Part shown: one piece after another, positions 10,213 through 21,568 of the stretch
Position numbering within the stretch: the stretch's first letter is position 1
How the letters are laid out: each line of letters starts with the position of its first letter
Source: Gammaproteobacteria bacterium
GTDB taxonomy: Bacteria > Pseudomonadota > Gammaproteobacteria > SZUA-140
Length of the DNA stretch: 59,219 nt
Direction of reading: 5' to 3'
Assembly: GCA_020845975.1 (NCBI GenBank)
Contig: JADLET010000005.1
Location: 1-59,219, forward strand
Notes under the pieces: model-generated
Told to the model about the DNA's origin: nothing
Database searches by the model: none
Seen by the model: only the letters and a program-made list of their open reading frames with translations
Position numbers and translations under genes: made by a program

Positions 10213-11697
10213 TCAGCCTGGCGCGGCTGCGCGCCCGTACAGCTCGCCCAACCCGCGCAGACGGGCGGCGAGATCCGCGGGCACCTGTTCCCAGTCGAAG
10301 CGCCAGCGCCAGTTGTTCTCCGTCGTCCCCGGTATGTTCATGCGGCAGGAGGCCCCCAGACCAAGCGCATCCTGCAGCGGAATCACCGCCGTGTCGGCCA
10401 CCGAGGCCAGTGCGGCGCGGATCAGCGGCCATGGCATCGGCTCCTCCGGCCGCCCGAGATACTCATGAACCCGCGCGCGCGCGGCCGTATCAAGGGCATC
10501 GTGCCAGCCAAGGGTAGTGTCATTGTCGTGCGTTCCGGTGTAGACAACGGCGCTGCTCCGGTGATTGTGCGGCAGATAGGGATTGTCGCTGCCGCCGTCG
10601 AAGGCGAACTGCAATATGCGCATGCCAGGCAGCCCGTAGTGCTCGCGCAGCGCATGCACCGGAGGAGTAATGAGACCGAGATCCTCCGCCACGAACGGCA
10701 ACGTGCCGAAGCGCTTCAACACCGCGTCGAAAAAGCGTCCGCCCGGCCCTTCGACCCAGTGCCCGCCGATGGCGGTCGGATGATCGGACGGGATCTCCCA
10801 GTAGGCCTCAAAGCCGCGGAAATGGTCGATACGGACCAGATCGAACATCCTCATCTGGCGCTCTATGCGCTGCATCCACCAGTCGAAGCCATCTTCTTCC
10901 ATCAACTTCCAGCGGTAATGGGGATTGCCCCAGCGCTGGCCGGTCGCGGAAAAATAGTCCGGAGGTACACCGGCCACCACTGTCGGCTGGCCGGCCTCAT
11001 CGAGCTCGAACAGGGATCGATGCACCCAAACGTCGACGCTGTCGTACGCGACGAAAATGGGCATGTCACCGAAGATCAGGACACCGCGGCGGTTGGCCGC
11101 CGCGCGCACCTCGCTCCACTGCCGATGGAACACGAATTGCTCGAAACAGATGCGTTCAATCGCGGCGCGATGCTTGCGACGCGCCTTTTCTAGCGCGGCC
11201 GCCTCACGATCCCGCAAGGCGGTTGGCCAGCGCGCCCAGTCCGTACCGCCGTGATGCGCCCGCAGCGCCTGGAACAGGGCGTAATCCGCCAGCCAGTCCT
11301 GCTCCGCCGCCATGAAGATCTCGAATGCGGCTCGTTCCTCGGCGGAGGCCCGCGCAAGAAATCCGGCCTGGGCCTGGGCGAGCGTCTCATCGCGGCTCGC
11401 CTCCCGCGCCGCGGCATCGCCAGGTTCGAGCCAGCCGCACTGCACCAGGCGGTCGAAACAGATCAGGCGCGGATTCCCCGCGTGCACCGACAGGCACTGG
11501 TAAGGCGAACCGTTGCCATGGGTTGGGCCAAGCGGCAGCATCTGCCACAGGCTCTGGCCGGCCGCGACGAGAAAGTCGATGAAACGGAAGGCCTGGTCAC
11601 CGAGAGCGCCACAACCGTACGGCCCCGGCAACGAGGTCGGATGCAGAAGGATGCCCGCCTGACGTTTGCTGAGTGCTGATACGGCCGGCGGCGTCAT
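10213..11697 (-). CDS. malQ: 4-alpha-glucanotransferase (amylomaltase)
   Basis: 494 aa, GH77-like (GILLHPTSLPG, LPLGPT, RIDHFRGF, FVAEDLG, VVYTGTHDNDT). The ATG at 11697 abuts the TGA of the upstream GH57 gene (TGAATG). Confidence 0.92.
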   Translation of the reverse strand: MTPPAVSALSKRQAGILLHPTSLPGPYGCGALGDQAFRFIDFLVAAGQSLWQMLPLGPTHGNGSPYQCLSVHAGNPRLICFDRLVQCGWLEPGDAAAREASRDETLAQAQAGFLARASAEERAAFEIFMAAEQDWLADYALFQALRAHHGGTDWARWPTALRDREAAALEKARRKHRAAIERICFEQFVFHRQWSEVRAAANRRGVLIFGDMPIFVAYDSVDVWVHRSLFELDEAGQPTVVAGVPPDYFSATGQRWGNPHYRWKLMEEDGFDWWMQRIERQMRMFDLVRIDHFRGFEAYWEIPSDHPTAIGGHWVEGPGGRFFDAVLKRFGTLPFVAEDLGLITPPVHALREHYGLPGMRILQFAFDGGSDNPYLPHNHRSSAVVYTGTHDNDTTLGWHDALDTAARARVHEYLGRPEEPMPWPLIRAALASVADTAVIPLQDALGLGASCRMNIPGTTENNWRWRFDWEQVPADLAARLRGLGELYGRAAAPG

Positions 11698-13410
11698 TCA
11701 GTGCGCTTCGGAACCGCGGCGCATCACGCCCCCGAGCTGCGGCTGACCACCGCCCGTGCTGATGCTGTGCGCCAGGATCGCGGGTGGGTCGATGCCCAGC
11801 AGGCGGTAGAGATTACCGAGATGCAGTCGGTACAGGCGCTCAAAGTCGCTGACCGAGTCGGCGGGATTGTAGTCGCCGAACCACCAGCACCAGTCGGACC
11901 CCTCGCACGCCGCCAGCTGACGGATCAGGCGTTCGCGCTTTTCGTCGCTCAGCGCGCCGCTGGCCAGGGCCTCGTCGCATCTGCGCTTGGCCTCGCATAG
12001 CAATTCCCATCCACGATTCTTATCCGGGTTGCCCATCCAGGTGGAAAAGGTCCCGTACACCCAGCTGCCCGCGATGAGTGATGGCAGGCGACAGAATTCC
12101 ATGTCGCCGGCAAGACTTTCGGAAAAGGTGGTGAGGTTGATCGCCGGATGTTCGGCCAGTCGGCGATAGAGCGCCGTCAGGAAATGATAGCCATTATCGG
12201 GGTAGGCCTCCCACGCATTCTCCCCGTCGAGAATGATCGAGACCACATGACTCGGATTGCCGCGGCACTCCTGCGCGATATTTTCCAGATGATGCACCAT
12301 GTTGGCGACAGCGTCGTCGGCATGCCAGCTCTGATAGGTGAAGCCTATCAGGTCGGACAGGCCGTCATCGCGGAAGAAGCAGGAGGCCTTGGCCGAGTCG
12401 ATGCGGTAAACACGGTGAAGATTCTTGCTGGCGCTGGAATCATGGATGGCGACGTTGCGCGCGATGCTATTGCGCAAAACGCTTTCTCCCGTGGCCGTCC
12501 ATTTGAATCCGTAGTCGCCGAGCAATTGCACAGTTGCCGTGCTGAGCCCTCCCTCCGCCGGCCAGCAGCCCTGCGGAACGAAACCGAAATGGCGTTCGAA
12601 CGCCGCGACGCCTTCCTTCAGATGCCAGTGCGCACGCTCCAGACCGCCGGGATATTCCCCCGCCGCCGGCAGCGGCATCTCCGGCACCGCCTCGCGCGCG
12701 CTGGTGAATTCGAGCAACAGGGGTATCATCGGGTGGGCGTACGGCGTCATGGACAGTTCCGCCTGTCCGCTTTCGGCGAGACGGCGATAGCGCGGGATGA
12801 CGGCCTCGATCAGTTCACCGATCACCTCGAACAGTTGCAGGCGGTCTTCCAGCGAGAAGAAGCTCGCCTTCTCGATCAGTCGCTGCACACGTTCATCTGC
12901 GCGCCGCACGGTCTCGCCCATCCAGGCCAGGTGATACCAGGTCAGAATATCCGCGAGATACTGGTCACCCAGATAGCTCAGACTCTGGGTGTCGTCCTTC
13001 ATCATGACTGCGAGGTCGACCAGGCGCCGGTAGATCGGAAAACGATTGATCAGCCGCTGTTCGTGAGCGCGCAGGCAGGCACGCACCAGCAGCGCGCGCT
13101 GCCCGGCGTCCCGCGGGAAGGCTTCGCTGACCAGCGCCGCCAGCAGCGGGTCACGCAGCGGCCGGTGTTCGGCGTGAAAAGCGCGTATCTGCGCGGTGTA
13201 GTCCTCCAGCTGATCCAGCAGGATCGGCACGAAGTTGATCACCGCCTTCGCGCCTGGCGTCTGCTCCAGAATGGCCGCCATGTCGGTATAGTCCTTCATG
13301 GCATGGAGATAGGTCCACGGCAACTGGTAGTCGCCACTGGAATAGTCCCGATACTCGGGTTGGTGCATGTGCCAGCACAGCACCACCTTCAACCGACCTC
13401 TAGTGGGCAC
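11698..13410 (-). CDS. Glycoside hydrolase family 57 alpha-glucan enzyme (branching enzyme/amylase-like)
   Basis: 570 aa with GH57 conserved regions: WHMHQPEY (region I), CWPAEGG (nucleophile Glu region) and ILDGENAWE (acid/base Asp region). It overlaps the glgC stop by 11 nt. Confidence 0.85.
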   Translation of the reverse strand: MPTRGRLKVVLCWHMHQPEYRDYSSGDYQLPWTYLHAMKDYTDMAAILEQTPGAKAVINFVPILLDQLEDYTAQIRAFHAEHRPLRDPLLAALVSEAFPRDAGQRALLVRACLRAHEQRLINRFPIYRRLVDLAVMMKDDTQSLSYLGDQYLADILTWYHLAWMGETVRRADERVQRLIEKASFFSLEDRLQLFEVIGELIEAVIPRYRRLAESGQAELSMTPYAHPMIPLLLEFTSAREAVPEMPLPAAGEYPGGLERAHWHLKEGVAAFERHFGFVPQGCWPAEGGLSTATVQLLGDYGFKWTATGESVLRNSIARNVAIHDSSASKNLHRVYRIDSAKASCFFRDDGLSDLIGFTYQSWHADDAVANMVHHLENIAQECRGNPSHVVSIILDGENAWEAYPDNGYHFLTALYRRLAEHPAINLTTFSESLAGDMEFCRLPSLIAGSWVYGTFSTWMGNPDKNRGWELLCEAKRRCDEALASGALSDEKRERLIRQLAACEGSDWCWWFGDYNPADSVSDFERLYRLHLGNLYRLLGIDPPAILAHSISTGGGQPQLGGVMRRGSEAH

Positions 13411-14680
13411 GATGATAATCCTGCCCGAGCATCTCCGGCGTCACGACCACCACGCCTTTCTCGCTGACATAGAAACGTTTCGCGTCCAGCACCGGATCTT
13501 CGCCGATGACGGTGTTCGCCGGTATCTGGCAACCCTTGTCGACCACCACCTTGCGCAGACGGCAGCCTTCGCCGATCTCGACGTCCGGCAGCACGACGCA
13601 GTCCTGGATGACACTGAACGAATCGACGCGCACATTGGAGAACAACAGGGAATGCCGCACCTGGGCGCCAGACACGATGCAGCCGCCAGACACCATGGAA
13701 TCGACGGCCATACCACGGCGACCCTCGTCATCGAAGATAAATTTCGCCGGCGGGAGCTGGGCCTGATAGGTCCAGATCGGCCAATCCTCGTCATACATAT
13801 TAAGTTCCGGTGTCACACCGATCAGCTCCATGTTGGCTTCCCAGAACGCGTCCACCGTACCCACATCACGCCAGTAGGCCAGGTCGCCGGAGACCGGATC
13901 CTTGAACGGATAGGCATGCACGCGGTACTTCTTTATCGCGGACGGGATGATGTCCTTGCCGAAATCATGACTCGACGACGAGATATCGGCATCTTTCACC
14001 AACTGCTCAAACAGGAACAGTGTATTGAAGACATATATACCCATGGAGACCAGCGCCGTATCCGGGTTACCCGGCAGCGACTGGGGCGACGCGGGCTTCT
14101 CCTGGAAGTCCTTCACTATCCAGTTCTCGTCGACGGACATCACGCCGAAGGCGCGCGCGTGGTCGATCGGGGTCTCGATGCAGGCGATGGTCATGTCGGC
14201 CTTCGCCTCGACGTGGGCCGCCAGCATGGGGCCGTAGTCCATCTTGTAGATGTGGTCGCCGGCGAGGATCAGCACATAGGAAACATCATAGTTGCGGATG
14301 ATGTCGAGATTCTGGAATACCGCGTCCGCGGTACCGGTGTACCATGAGGTGGCGATCCGCTGCTGTGCAGGCACCACCTCGATGAATTCGCCGAGTTCGC
14401 CGCGCAGGAAATTCCATCCCTGCTGGATGTGACGTATCAGCGAGTGCGATTTGTACTGCGTAAGCACCGCGATGCGGCGGATATCGGAGTTCACGCAGTT
14501 GGAGAGGGGAAAGTCGATGATCCTGAACTTTCCGCCAAAGGGCACCGCCGGTTTGGCGCGCCATTGCGTAAGGTGTTTCAGCCGCGAACCGCGCCCTCCC
14601 GCCAGGATGAGGGCGATAGTGTCGCGGGTGAGCCGGCTGACAAAGCGGGTAATGTTTCCGTGTTTATCGGTGCGTTTCAT
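13400..14680 (-). CDS. glgC: Glucose-1-phosphate adenylyltransferase
   Basis: 426 aa with [30 protein letters not shown] and a C-terminal left-handed beta-helix region. Confidence 0.95.
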   Translation of the reverse strand: MKRTDKHGNITRFVSRLTRDTIALILAGGRGSRLKHLTQWRAKPAVPFGGKFRIIDFPLSNCVNSDIRRIAVLTQYKSHSLIRHIQQGWNFLRGELGEFIEVVPAQQRIATSWYTGTADAVFQNLDIIRNYDVSYVLILAGDHIYKMDYGPMLAAHVEAKADMTIACIETPIDHARAFGVMSVDENWIVKDFQEKPASPQSLPGNPDTALVSMGIYVFNTLFLFEQLVKDADISSSSHDFGKDIIPSAIKKYRVHAYPFKDPVSGDLAYWRDVGTVDAFWEANMELIGVTPELNMYDEDWPIWTYQAQLPPAKFIFDDEGRRGMAVDSMVSGGCIVSGAQVRHSLLFSNVRVDSFSVIQDCVVLPDVEIGEGCRLRKVVVDKGCQIPANTVIGEDPVLDAKRFYVSEKGVVVVTPEMLGQDYHRAH

Positions 14681-14833
14681 CGCTGCCTTTTTCTTTTGTT
14701 CTTTTCGAGGGCTTTTCGTGTGTCGCTGGAAACAAGCAGGATTATGCTATCATCAATGGCCTTATCGAGGCGAGTCGAAAACACGCGGAGGACGACGCTT
14801 GCTCACGCTCATACCCCAACATAGAGCCGTCAG

Positions 14834-17017
14834 ATGAAAATAGAGCCCGCTGCTTCCGTCCCCGAGGAAATACAAAGGATCCTGTCCGCCCAGCATCACA
14901 ACCCGTTCTCGTTTCTCGGCAAGCACCGGGACGGCGACACGGAGGTGGTGCGCGCATACATCCCCGGCGCGGCCCGTGTCAGCATCGCCGAAACGGATCT
15001 GCCCCTGGACCGCCAGCACGGCACCGACCTGTTCGAGTGGCGTGGCCGCCCGGGAACCGTGCCCGACCACTATCGCCTCGCGTGGACCAGCGGCAGCACG
15101 ACGCACACCGCGTATGACCCCTACTGCTTCGCCTCGCAGCTCTCCGACTTCGACCTCTACCTGTTCGGCGAGGGAAATCACCAACATGCCTATCGCATGC
15201 TGGGCGCCCACCCGCACAGCGTCGCCGGCATCCAGGGAACCCTGTTCGCCGTCTGGGCGCCCAACGCCGGACGGGCCAGCGTGGTCGGCGACTTCAATGC
15301 CTGGGACGGGCGCCGTCATCCGATGCGCAGCCGCGGCGGCAGCGGGATCTGGGAGCTGTTCATCCCCGGAATCACGCCCGGGACGCTCTACAAGTTCGAG
15401 CTTCGCCACCGTGATACCGGCGGCATTCACCTGAAAACCGACCCTTACGGTCAACAATTCGAGATGCGTCCCAACACGGCATCGATCGTGACCGATTCCG
15501 CGCCATATCCCTGGCAGGACCAGGCCTGGATCGAACGGCGCCGCAACATGGACTGGCTCCATGCGCCGGTCTCGATCTTCGAGGTACACCTCGGCTCCTG
15601 GCGCCGCGGCGCACGCGGCGAGTTCCTCGGTTACCGCGAACTGGCACAGCGCCTGGTGTCCTATGCGCTCGACATGGGCTTCACCCATATCGAACTGCTG
15701 CCGATCACCGAGCACCCGTTCGACGGTTCCTGGGGCTACCAGACCACCGGCTACTATGCCCCGACCAGCCGCCACGGGACACCCGAGGATTTCCGCTACT
15801 TCGTCGACCAATGCCACCGGCATGGCATCGGCGTCATCCTGGATTGGGCGCCGGGACACTTCCCCAAGGACGCCCACGGTCTCGCCCGCTTCGACGGCAG
15901 CGCTCTGTATGAACACGAAGATCCGCGCCGCGGCGAACATCGCGACTGGGGGACGCTGATCTTCAATTACGGTCGCAACGAGGTCCGCAACTTCCTCATC
16001 TCGAGCGCGCTGTACTGGCTCGAGGAGTTCCATATTGACGGGCTGCGCGTCGACGCCGTGGCCTCCATGCTGTATCTCGATTACTCGCGCGAGCCCGGCG
16101 ACTGGACGCCGAACATTCACGGTGGCAACGAGAACCTCGAGGCCATCGATTTTCTGCGCCGACTCAACCAGCTCTCGCACGAACTCCACCCTGGAACGCT
16201 GATGCTCGCCGAGGAGAGCACGGCGTGGCCGATGGTGTCGCGCCCGACCTGGCTCGGTGGCCTCGGATTCAGCATGAAGTGGAACATGGGCTGGATGAAC
16301 GACACGCTGGCCTATATGAGCCAGGATCCGGTGTACCGCAAATACCAGCACGATATGCTGACGTTCAGCCAGCTGTACGCATTCACCGAAAACTTCGTGC
16401 TGCCGTTCTCGCATGATGAGGTGGTGCACGGCAAGCAGTCCCTGCTCAACAAGATGCCCGGCGATGAATGGCAGCGCTTCGCCAACCTGCGCCTGCTGTA
16501 CGTCTATATGTACACCCATCCCGGCAAGAAGCTGCTGTTCATGGGCTGCGAGTTCGGCCAGGGGCGCGAATGGGACGACAGCGTCGAGCTCGACTGGTAC
16601 GTGCTCGACTACGCCGGTCATCAGGGTATGCAGAAACTGGTGCGCGACCTCAACCGGCTATACCGCGAATCGGCGGCTCTGCACGAGTTTGACTTCGAGG
16701 GTCGCGGCTTCGACTGGATCGATTGCCATGACTCCTCGCAGTCCGTGCTCACCTACCTGCGCCAGGGCGAACGCGACGCACTTGTGGTCGCCCTCAACTT
16801 CACGCCGGTGCTGCGGAAGAATTACCGCATCGGCGTCCCCTACCCCGGTGTCTACCGCGAGGTCCTCAACTCGGATTCCGAGTTCTATGCCGGCAGCAAC
16901 CAGGGCAATGGCAGCGGTCTCCACGCGGAACCGGTCCCCTGGATGGGGCGGCCATATTCCATCGCCATCACCCTCCCGCCGCTGGCCGGCCTGGTGCTCA
17001 AGCCGGAACCCAGCTGA
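14834..17017 (+). CDS. glgB: 1,4-alpha-glucan branching enzyme (GH13)
   Basis: 727 aa with HNPFSFLG at the N-terminus and the GH13 catalytic regions ([31 protein letters not shown]). Confidence 0.95.
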   Translation: MKIEPAASVPEEIQRILSAQHHNPFSFLGKHRDGDTEVVRAYIPGAARVSIAETDLPLDRQHGTDLFEWRGRPGTVPDHYRLAWTSGSTTHTAYDPYCFASQLSDFDLYLFGEGNHQHAYRMLGAHPHSVAGIQGTLFAVWAPNAGRASVVGDFNAWDGRRHPMRSRGGSGIWELFIPGITPGTLYKFELRHRDTGGIHLKTDPYGQQFEMRPNTASIVTDSAPYPWQDQAWIERRRNMDWLHAPVSIFEVHLGSWRRGARGEFLGYRELAQRLVSYALDMGFTHIELLPITEHPFDGSWGYQTTGYYAPTSRHGTPEDFRYFVDQCHRHGIGVILDWAPGHFPKDAHGLARFDGSALYEHEDPRRGEHRDWGTLIFNYGRNEVRNFLISSALYWLEEFHIDGLRVDAVASMLYLDYSREPGDWTPNIHGGNENLEAIDFLRRLNQLSHELHPGTLMLAEESTAWPMVSRPTWLGGLGFSMKWNMGWMNDTLAYMSQDPVYRKYQHDMLTFSQLYAFTENFVLPFSHDEVVHGKQSLLNKMPGDEWQRFANLRLLYVYMYTHPGKKLLFMGCEFGQGREWDDSVELDWYVLDYAGHQGMQKLVRDLNRLYRESAALHEFDFEGRGFDWIDCHDSSQSVLTYLRQGERDALVVALNFTPVLRKNYRIGVPYPGVYREVLNSDSEFYAGSNQGNGSGLHAEPVPWMGRPYSIAITLPPLAGLVLKPEPS

Positions 17018-17026
17018 GGCCGCGAC

Positions 17027-17722
17027 TCAGCCCCCGATCCGCGTGGCGGCGTAGAACAGTCCCCATAGAAGAACGGGATAGACCCATTGCGCGGGCCGGG
17101 GAGGTCCTGCTCCGAACAGTTGAACGCTGCCGCAGGCGACCGCCTCCGACTCACGCACTACGTGCTGTATGACCCCTGAGGCGAAGCGTCCGGCCGAGCG
17201 CAGATCCGGTCGCCCGCCCGGCGCCGCAGCCATGCGCTCCGCGACAATGCGCCGCACCGGATCCAGCGCCTCGATCACCAGTACCATGCGCACCGCTACC
17301 CGCTCCCGCGATATACCAATCAGGGCAAGCGGCCTCGCCAATCCATATACTGCCAGCAGCATCTGATCGCGCGACGTGGTTCGCAGCAGCAGATTCGCCC
17401 CGGCGACAATCGCCGCCAGCAGTGCGGCTCGCAGCAGTCCCTCTTCCAGCCCTTCCCGACTCGGCCACAAGGCTGAGAAGCGTGCGCCTTCCGCGCCGAA
17501 TAACGGGTCTCCCGGGGTGAACCACCCGTATACGATCAACAGCGACAACAGGAACCAGCGTAACCGCGTAAGCATGCGTATGGCGGGCGGAAACAGCCGG
17601 GGGGACGTGGCCAGATAAGCCGTGGCGAGCAACAGGGCGCCGCACAGGAGATCCATTCCGTTACCAAAGGCGAGGCAAACGGAAAACACCAGAAAGCAGG
17701 CTACACGTATCAACGGATGCAC
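17027..17722 (-). CDS. Integral membrane protein, tentatively CbiQ/EcfT-like
   Basis: 231 aa with several hydrophobic helices. Its layout resembles ECF transporter T components, but no diagnostic motif could be verified by eye. This is the only non-Arg-rich frame here. Confidence 0.5.
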   Translation of the reverse strand: MHPLIRVACFLVFSVCLAFGNGMDLLCGALLLATAYLATSPRLFPPAIRMLTRLRWFLLSLLIVYGWFTPGDPLFGAEGARFSALWPSREGLEEGLLRAALLAAIVAGANLLLRTTSRDQMLLAVYGLARPLALIGISRERVAVRMVLVIEALDPVRRIVAERMAAAPGGRPDLRSAGRFASGVIQHVVRESEAVACGSVQLFGAGPPRPAQWVYPVLLWGLFYAATRIGG

Positions 17723-17802
17723 GGCAGCTCAGGACCGGATCGCGCCCGCCCCGGCGGGGCGGGAAATGACGAGAGCATTGTATACCGGGGAATGGACGGC
17801 AG

Positions 17803-17832
17803 GGAAAAACACCGGGCGCAGCGAGCGCCCGG
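17803..17832 (-). terminator. Rho-independent terminator of fimV
   Basis: Minus-strand RNA directly after the TGA reads CCGGGCGC-UCGCU-GCGCCCGG followed by UGUUUUUCC. Confidence 0.6.
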
Positions 17833-20406
17833 TCAACCGATCTGGCGCATCAGGTCGTTCGCCTCGCGCTGCTGGTCCTGCGTGCCCTCCTGGGCCACCT
17901 CGCCCAGGATATTGCGCGCGCTTTCCTGATCACCCATATCGATATAGGCCTTGGCAAGATCCAGCTTGGTGCCAACCTCATCCTCACCCGAGATCAGGCT
18001 GCTGAAATCATCGCCCTCGGCGCCATCGAGTGAACCGAAATCCCCATCATCACCCGTCAGCCAGTCGAGGTCATGGTCCAGTCCGGCAATGCCCATGGCG
18101 CCGGTTGAATCGTTATCCGCATCTTCCCGCGGCAGGTCGGAGGCACTCTGGCCGGCGCCGGTCCTGGATTCGAAACTGATCACGTTGCTTGCGTTGCCGA
18201 AGGACTCGACATTCTGCGGCTCGGAACCCATGGGGATTTCCTCCCCGACCATGCCCTCCAGACCATCTTGCGACGCTTCGGAAACAGCGGCATCGCCCAG
18301 GGCAAGATCCATGTCCAGCAGAGAGGACATGTCATCGGCATTAGCGGACATCTCGTGCATTTCGTCGCCGCCAGCCGCCAGGCTGTCCAATCCGGTCGCT
18401 ATATTCGTATCCAGGTCCAACGCGGACAGATCGTTGCTCATATCCAGGCTCGCGTCACCGGCATCTTGCGCGACGCCCGCCGCCGCAGCCGTCGCAGCGC
18501 CACCGAACAACACATGTTCCGGAGCAATGCGCCGGCCCATCACCACGACCTTGTCCCACAGCATGGAATCGCCGGAACCGGTCATGGCCTTGAATGACTC
18601 CGCCTGGGTAATGAAGGCGCTCTTGTTTCCACTTGCCGCCTGCACCTCAAGCAGCTTCAGGATCAGATCATTCCGGCCGGGATCGGCCTTGATGGCCTCC
18701 CTGATCAATTCCTCAGCCTTATCGAAGCGGCGATAGGCGAGATACACATCGGCCTCGGCCAATACGTCGATCTCGTCGTCATCAGCCTGCATCAGATCGA
18801 GCCCGGTATCCTCCGCCTCGGGGTGTTCCACCACAGCCACGTCCTGTTCCTGCACCACTACCGGCGCCGCAGCCGGCGCCGCTTGCGCGACAGCGGCCCA
18901 GGCCGGAGGGTTCATTTCGTCCTGGGTCTCGCCCGACCTATCCGCCTCGGCGAGTTCTTCCAAAATCGCGGCGCGGCGACGACGGCGCATGAGCACCGCA
19001 ACCAGCACGAGCACGGCCAGCGCGGCCACGCCGCCCATGGCAAGGATATTGGGATCATCCAGCAGACCACCGGCGCTCTCCTTGGCCGGAGCCTCGGCTT
19101 TGCGCGCAGGCTTCCTGGCGGCAGCAGTCTCAGCGGCCTTGCCGGTATCCGCCGCGTCCGTGACGGACGCCGGGGACTGCCCGGTCTCAGCCTCAGGCGC
19201 ACCGGCGCCGGACTGCAGTGCTGCCAGAGTGTCGTCCTGCAGGGTAGTCAACCTCTGCATCGCATCGATCTGTTCCTGTAGGGCTGCCAGGCGTTCGCGC
19301 AGATCTGTATTCTCCTGACGCGAGGCCTCGGAAGTTTCCAGTGCAGCCGCGAGTTCATTCTTCAGGCGGGTAACCTCAGCCTGTGGCGAAGCATTGCTAT
19401 CACCCTCTCCGACCACACCCTCCAGCGCCATACCGGTCGCCGTCGCGTCGGGAACGCTCAGCCGCAGACGCGGACCGGCCGCGCCACCGCTGGCGCCCGC
19501 GACTCCGCCCGACGCCGCCTCGGTCATACCCTGCGGCGCGGTCCCCGCCATTCCGGCGCGGGCCTGCTTCGAATCCATCCACTGTTCATTCTGACGCCGC
19601 ACCTCGGCGGCTGCCGCGGCACGGGACATCGCCGTCAACAGCGTGGGATCACTCACCCTCAGCACGTAACCTGCCTTCAGAGAGTTGATGTTGCCGTCAT
19701 AGAAGGCATCAGGATTATTCTTCAGTAACGCCATCATGGCCTGCTCCACCGTCGCGGAGGGGTCGGCCTGCTGCATCTGGCTCGCGATCGACCACAGGGT
19801 ATCGCTGCGCTGTACCGGGCCGAAGGTCAACAGACCGGCGGAAGATGTCATCTGCCCCGAGGAAGATCCGGGGGTTGAAACCGGTTCGTCACGCAGGGCG
19901 GTCTCCGGCGCGGAAACGGCGGGCTCATCGCCCGCGACCACGGATTGCACCGGTTGAGGCGCCTCGTCCAACACCACCGGCGGATCGAGCAGCAGGGTGT
20001 ATTCACGCAGCAGATGGCCGCTCGGCCAGTCGATATCGACCAGGAAATCCAGGAATGGCTCCTTGATCGAATCCGTGGAGCTCACTCTGATATAAGAGGC
20101 GCCACCTTCTTCCATCACCACATCAAACTTGAGGTTGACGAGCGCCAGGGAACGGTCGAGACCGGCGTTTTCGAAGGCCGCGGGCGAGGCCAGCGCGACG
20201 GTGATCTCCTCACCACGCGTCTGTCCCAGCGCCGTCAGGTCGATCTTGGCGTCAAGTGGCTGATTCAGGGCCGAATGCAGCATGATGTCTCCCAGCCCAA
20301 GCGGGGAAGCGCCCATCGGCGTGAGCAGGGAGAGAATGACCAGCAGCCTGGTAAGTTTGTGCAACATCCCGTCTCCGTTTGATTTTCCGCGAAATAGGTC
20401 GTTCAT
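17833..20406 (-). CDS. fimV: FimV-type pilus/motility assembly protein (LysM domain, acidic low-complexity linker, TM, C-terminal FimV motif)
   Basis: The N-terminal FimV domain ends in REYTLLLDPP. It has a LysM-like segment (YGPVQRSDTLWSIA-type), a TM near residue 460, TPR-like repeats and the C-terminal signature LDLAKAYIDMGDQESARNILGEV. The start may be the internal ATG at 20367. Confidence 0.85.
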   Translation of the reverse strand: MNDLFRGKSNGDGMLHKLTRLLVILSLLTPMGASPLGLGDIMLHSALNQPLDAKIDLTALGQTRGEEITVALASPAAFENAGLDRSLALVNLKFDVVMEEGGASYIRVSSTDSIKEPFLDFLVDIDWPSGHLLREYTLLLDPPVVLDEAPQPVQSVVAGDEPAVSAPETALRDEPVSTPGSSSGQMTSSAGLLTFGPVQRSDTLWSIASQMQQADPSATVEQAMMALLKNNPDAFYDGNINSLKAGYVLRVSDPTLLTAMSRAAAAAEVRRQNEQWMDSKQARAGMAGTAPQGMTEAASGGVAGASGGAAGPRLRLSVPDATATGMALEGVVGEGDSNASPQAEVTRLKNELAAALETSEASRQENTDLRERLAALQEQIDAMQRLTTLQDDTLAALQSGAGAPEAETGQSPASVTDAADTGKAAETAAARKPARKAEAPAKESAGGLLDDPNILAMGGVAALAVLVLVAVLMRRRRRAAILEELAEADRSGETQDEMNPPAWAAVAQAAPAAAPVVVQEQDVAVVEHPEAEDTGLDLMQADDDEIDVLAEADVYLAYRRFDKAEELIREAIKADPGRNDLILKLLEVQAASGNKSAFITQAESFKAMTGSGDSMLWDKVVVMGRRIAPEHVLFGGAATAAAAGVAQDAGDASLDMSNDLSALDLDTNIATGLDSLAAGGDEMHEMSANADDMSSLLDMDLALGDAAVSEASQDGLEGMVGEEIPMGSEPQNVESFGNASNVISFESRTGAGQSASDLPREDADNDSTGAMGIAGLDHDLDWLTGDDGDFGSLDGAEGDDFSSLISGEDEVGTKLDLAKAYIDMGDQESARNILGEVAQEGTQDQQREANDLMRQIG

Positions 20407-20497
20407 TCGTCGTTACGTCCGTTGTAGTTGCATGCAAATGCCCTGCCAAGGCAAGCCTTGACCGGAGCGCGCCGCCAGACCCTCTATCCGGCAATGT

Positions 20498-21523
20498 TCA
20501 GTTCAGATAGTCCCGCAGGAGAATCTCGGCCACCTGTACACTGTTCAGGGCGGCCCCTTTGCGGACATTGTCGGCGACGACCCATAGATCCAGTCCACGC
20601 GGGTGGGAGATATCCTCGCGGATACGGCCCACGAACACCGGGTCGTTACCCGCCGCCTCGGTAACCGCGGTCGGATACCCCCCGGGTTGACGCTCATCGA
20701 GAACCACGACTCCGGGCGCGCGCTCCAGCAGTTCCCGGGCCTGTTCGGCAGTGATCTTCTTGCGGGTCTCGATGTGCAAAGCCTCGGAATGTCCGAAGAA
20801 CACCGGGACCCTGACCGTGGTCGGGTTCACAAGGATAGCGTCATCTTCCAGGATTTTTTTAGTTTCCCAGACCATTTTCATCTCTTCCTTGGTATAGCCG
20901 TTGTCCATGAAGACGTCGATCTGGGGAATGACATTGAATGCTATCTGCTTGGGATAGACCCCCGGTGTGATCGGCTTGGCATTCAGCAGGTTCGCCGTCT
21001 GCACCGCGAGCTCCTCAATGGCCTTGCGTCCGGTGCCCGACACCGCCTGGTAGGTGCAAACATTGATGCGCTCGATGCCGACCGCATCATGGATCGGCTT
21101 GAGCGCCACAACCATCTGAATTGTCGAGCAATTCGGGTTCGCGATGATATTGTGACCGGGATAACGGGCGATCGCGTGCGGATTCACCTCCGGCACCACC
21201 AGCGGGATATCGTCGTCATAGCGGAACTGCGAGGTATTGTCGATCACGATGCAGCCGGCCGCCCCGGCGCGCGGCGCGTGGACCTTGGACACGCTGGCGC
21301 CGGCGGAGAACAGGCCGATCTGCGCGCGCGAAAAATCGAAGGTCTCGAGGTCACCGACCGGGATCATCTTGCCGCGAAATTCGACGCGCTTGCCGACCGA
21401 GCGGCTGCTGGCCAGCGGAAACAGCTCGGCGACGGGGAAGTCGCGCTGCTCGAGGATCGAGATCATGGTCTCGCCTACCGCCCCGGTCGCCCCCACCACC
21501 GCCACATTCACCTTCTTGCCCAT
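20498..21523 (-). CDS. asd: Aspartate-semialdehyde dehydrogenase
   Basis: 341 aa with VGATGAVG at the N-terminus, NPNCSTI containing the active-site Cys, and the conserved leuB-asd-fimV context. Confidence 0.95.
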   Translation of the reverse strand: MGKKVNVAVVGATGAVGETMISILEQRDFPVAELFPLASSRSVGKRVEFRGKMIPVGDLETFDFSRAQIGLFSAGASVSKVHAPRAGAAGCIVIDNTSQFRYDDDIPLVVPEVNPHAIARYPGHNIIANPNCSTIQMVVALKPIHDAVGIERINVCTYQAVSGTGRKAIEELAVQTANLLNAKPITPGVYPKQIAFNVIPQIDVFMDNGYTKEEMKMVWETKKILEDDAILVNPTTVRVPVFFGHSEALHIETRKKITAEQARELLERAPGVVVLDERQPGGYPTAVTEAAGNDPVFVGRIREDISHPRGLDLWVVADNVRKGAALNSVQVAEILLRDYLN

Positions 21524-21568
21524 AGTGTCTCGTTCCTTTCGCTCAATACGCGTCGTTATAGTAATGTC

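Noticed and set aside
14762-16621. A 619-aa minus-strand ORF. Similar long shadows lie at 20603..22288, 23573..24937, 27778..29112, 34304..35812, 57393..58865, 7620..8774, 12148..13467, 30336..31721, 44939..46117, 56172..57362 and elsewhere.
   Set aside because: Each lies opposite a gene with unambiguous family signatures (glgB, asd/leuB, leuC, ppiA/lpxH, ppsA, ppc and others). None has motifs of its own, so these are GC3-bias artefacts.
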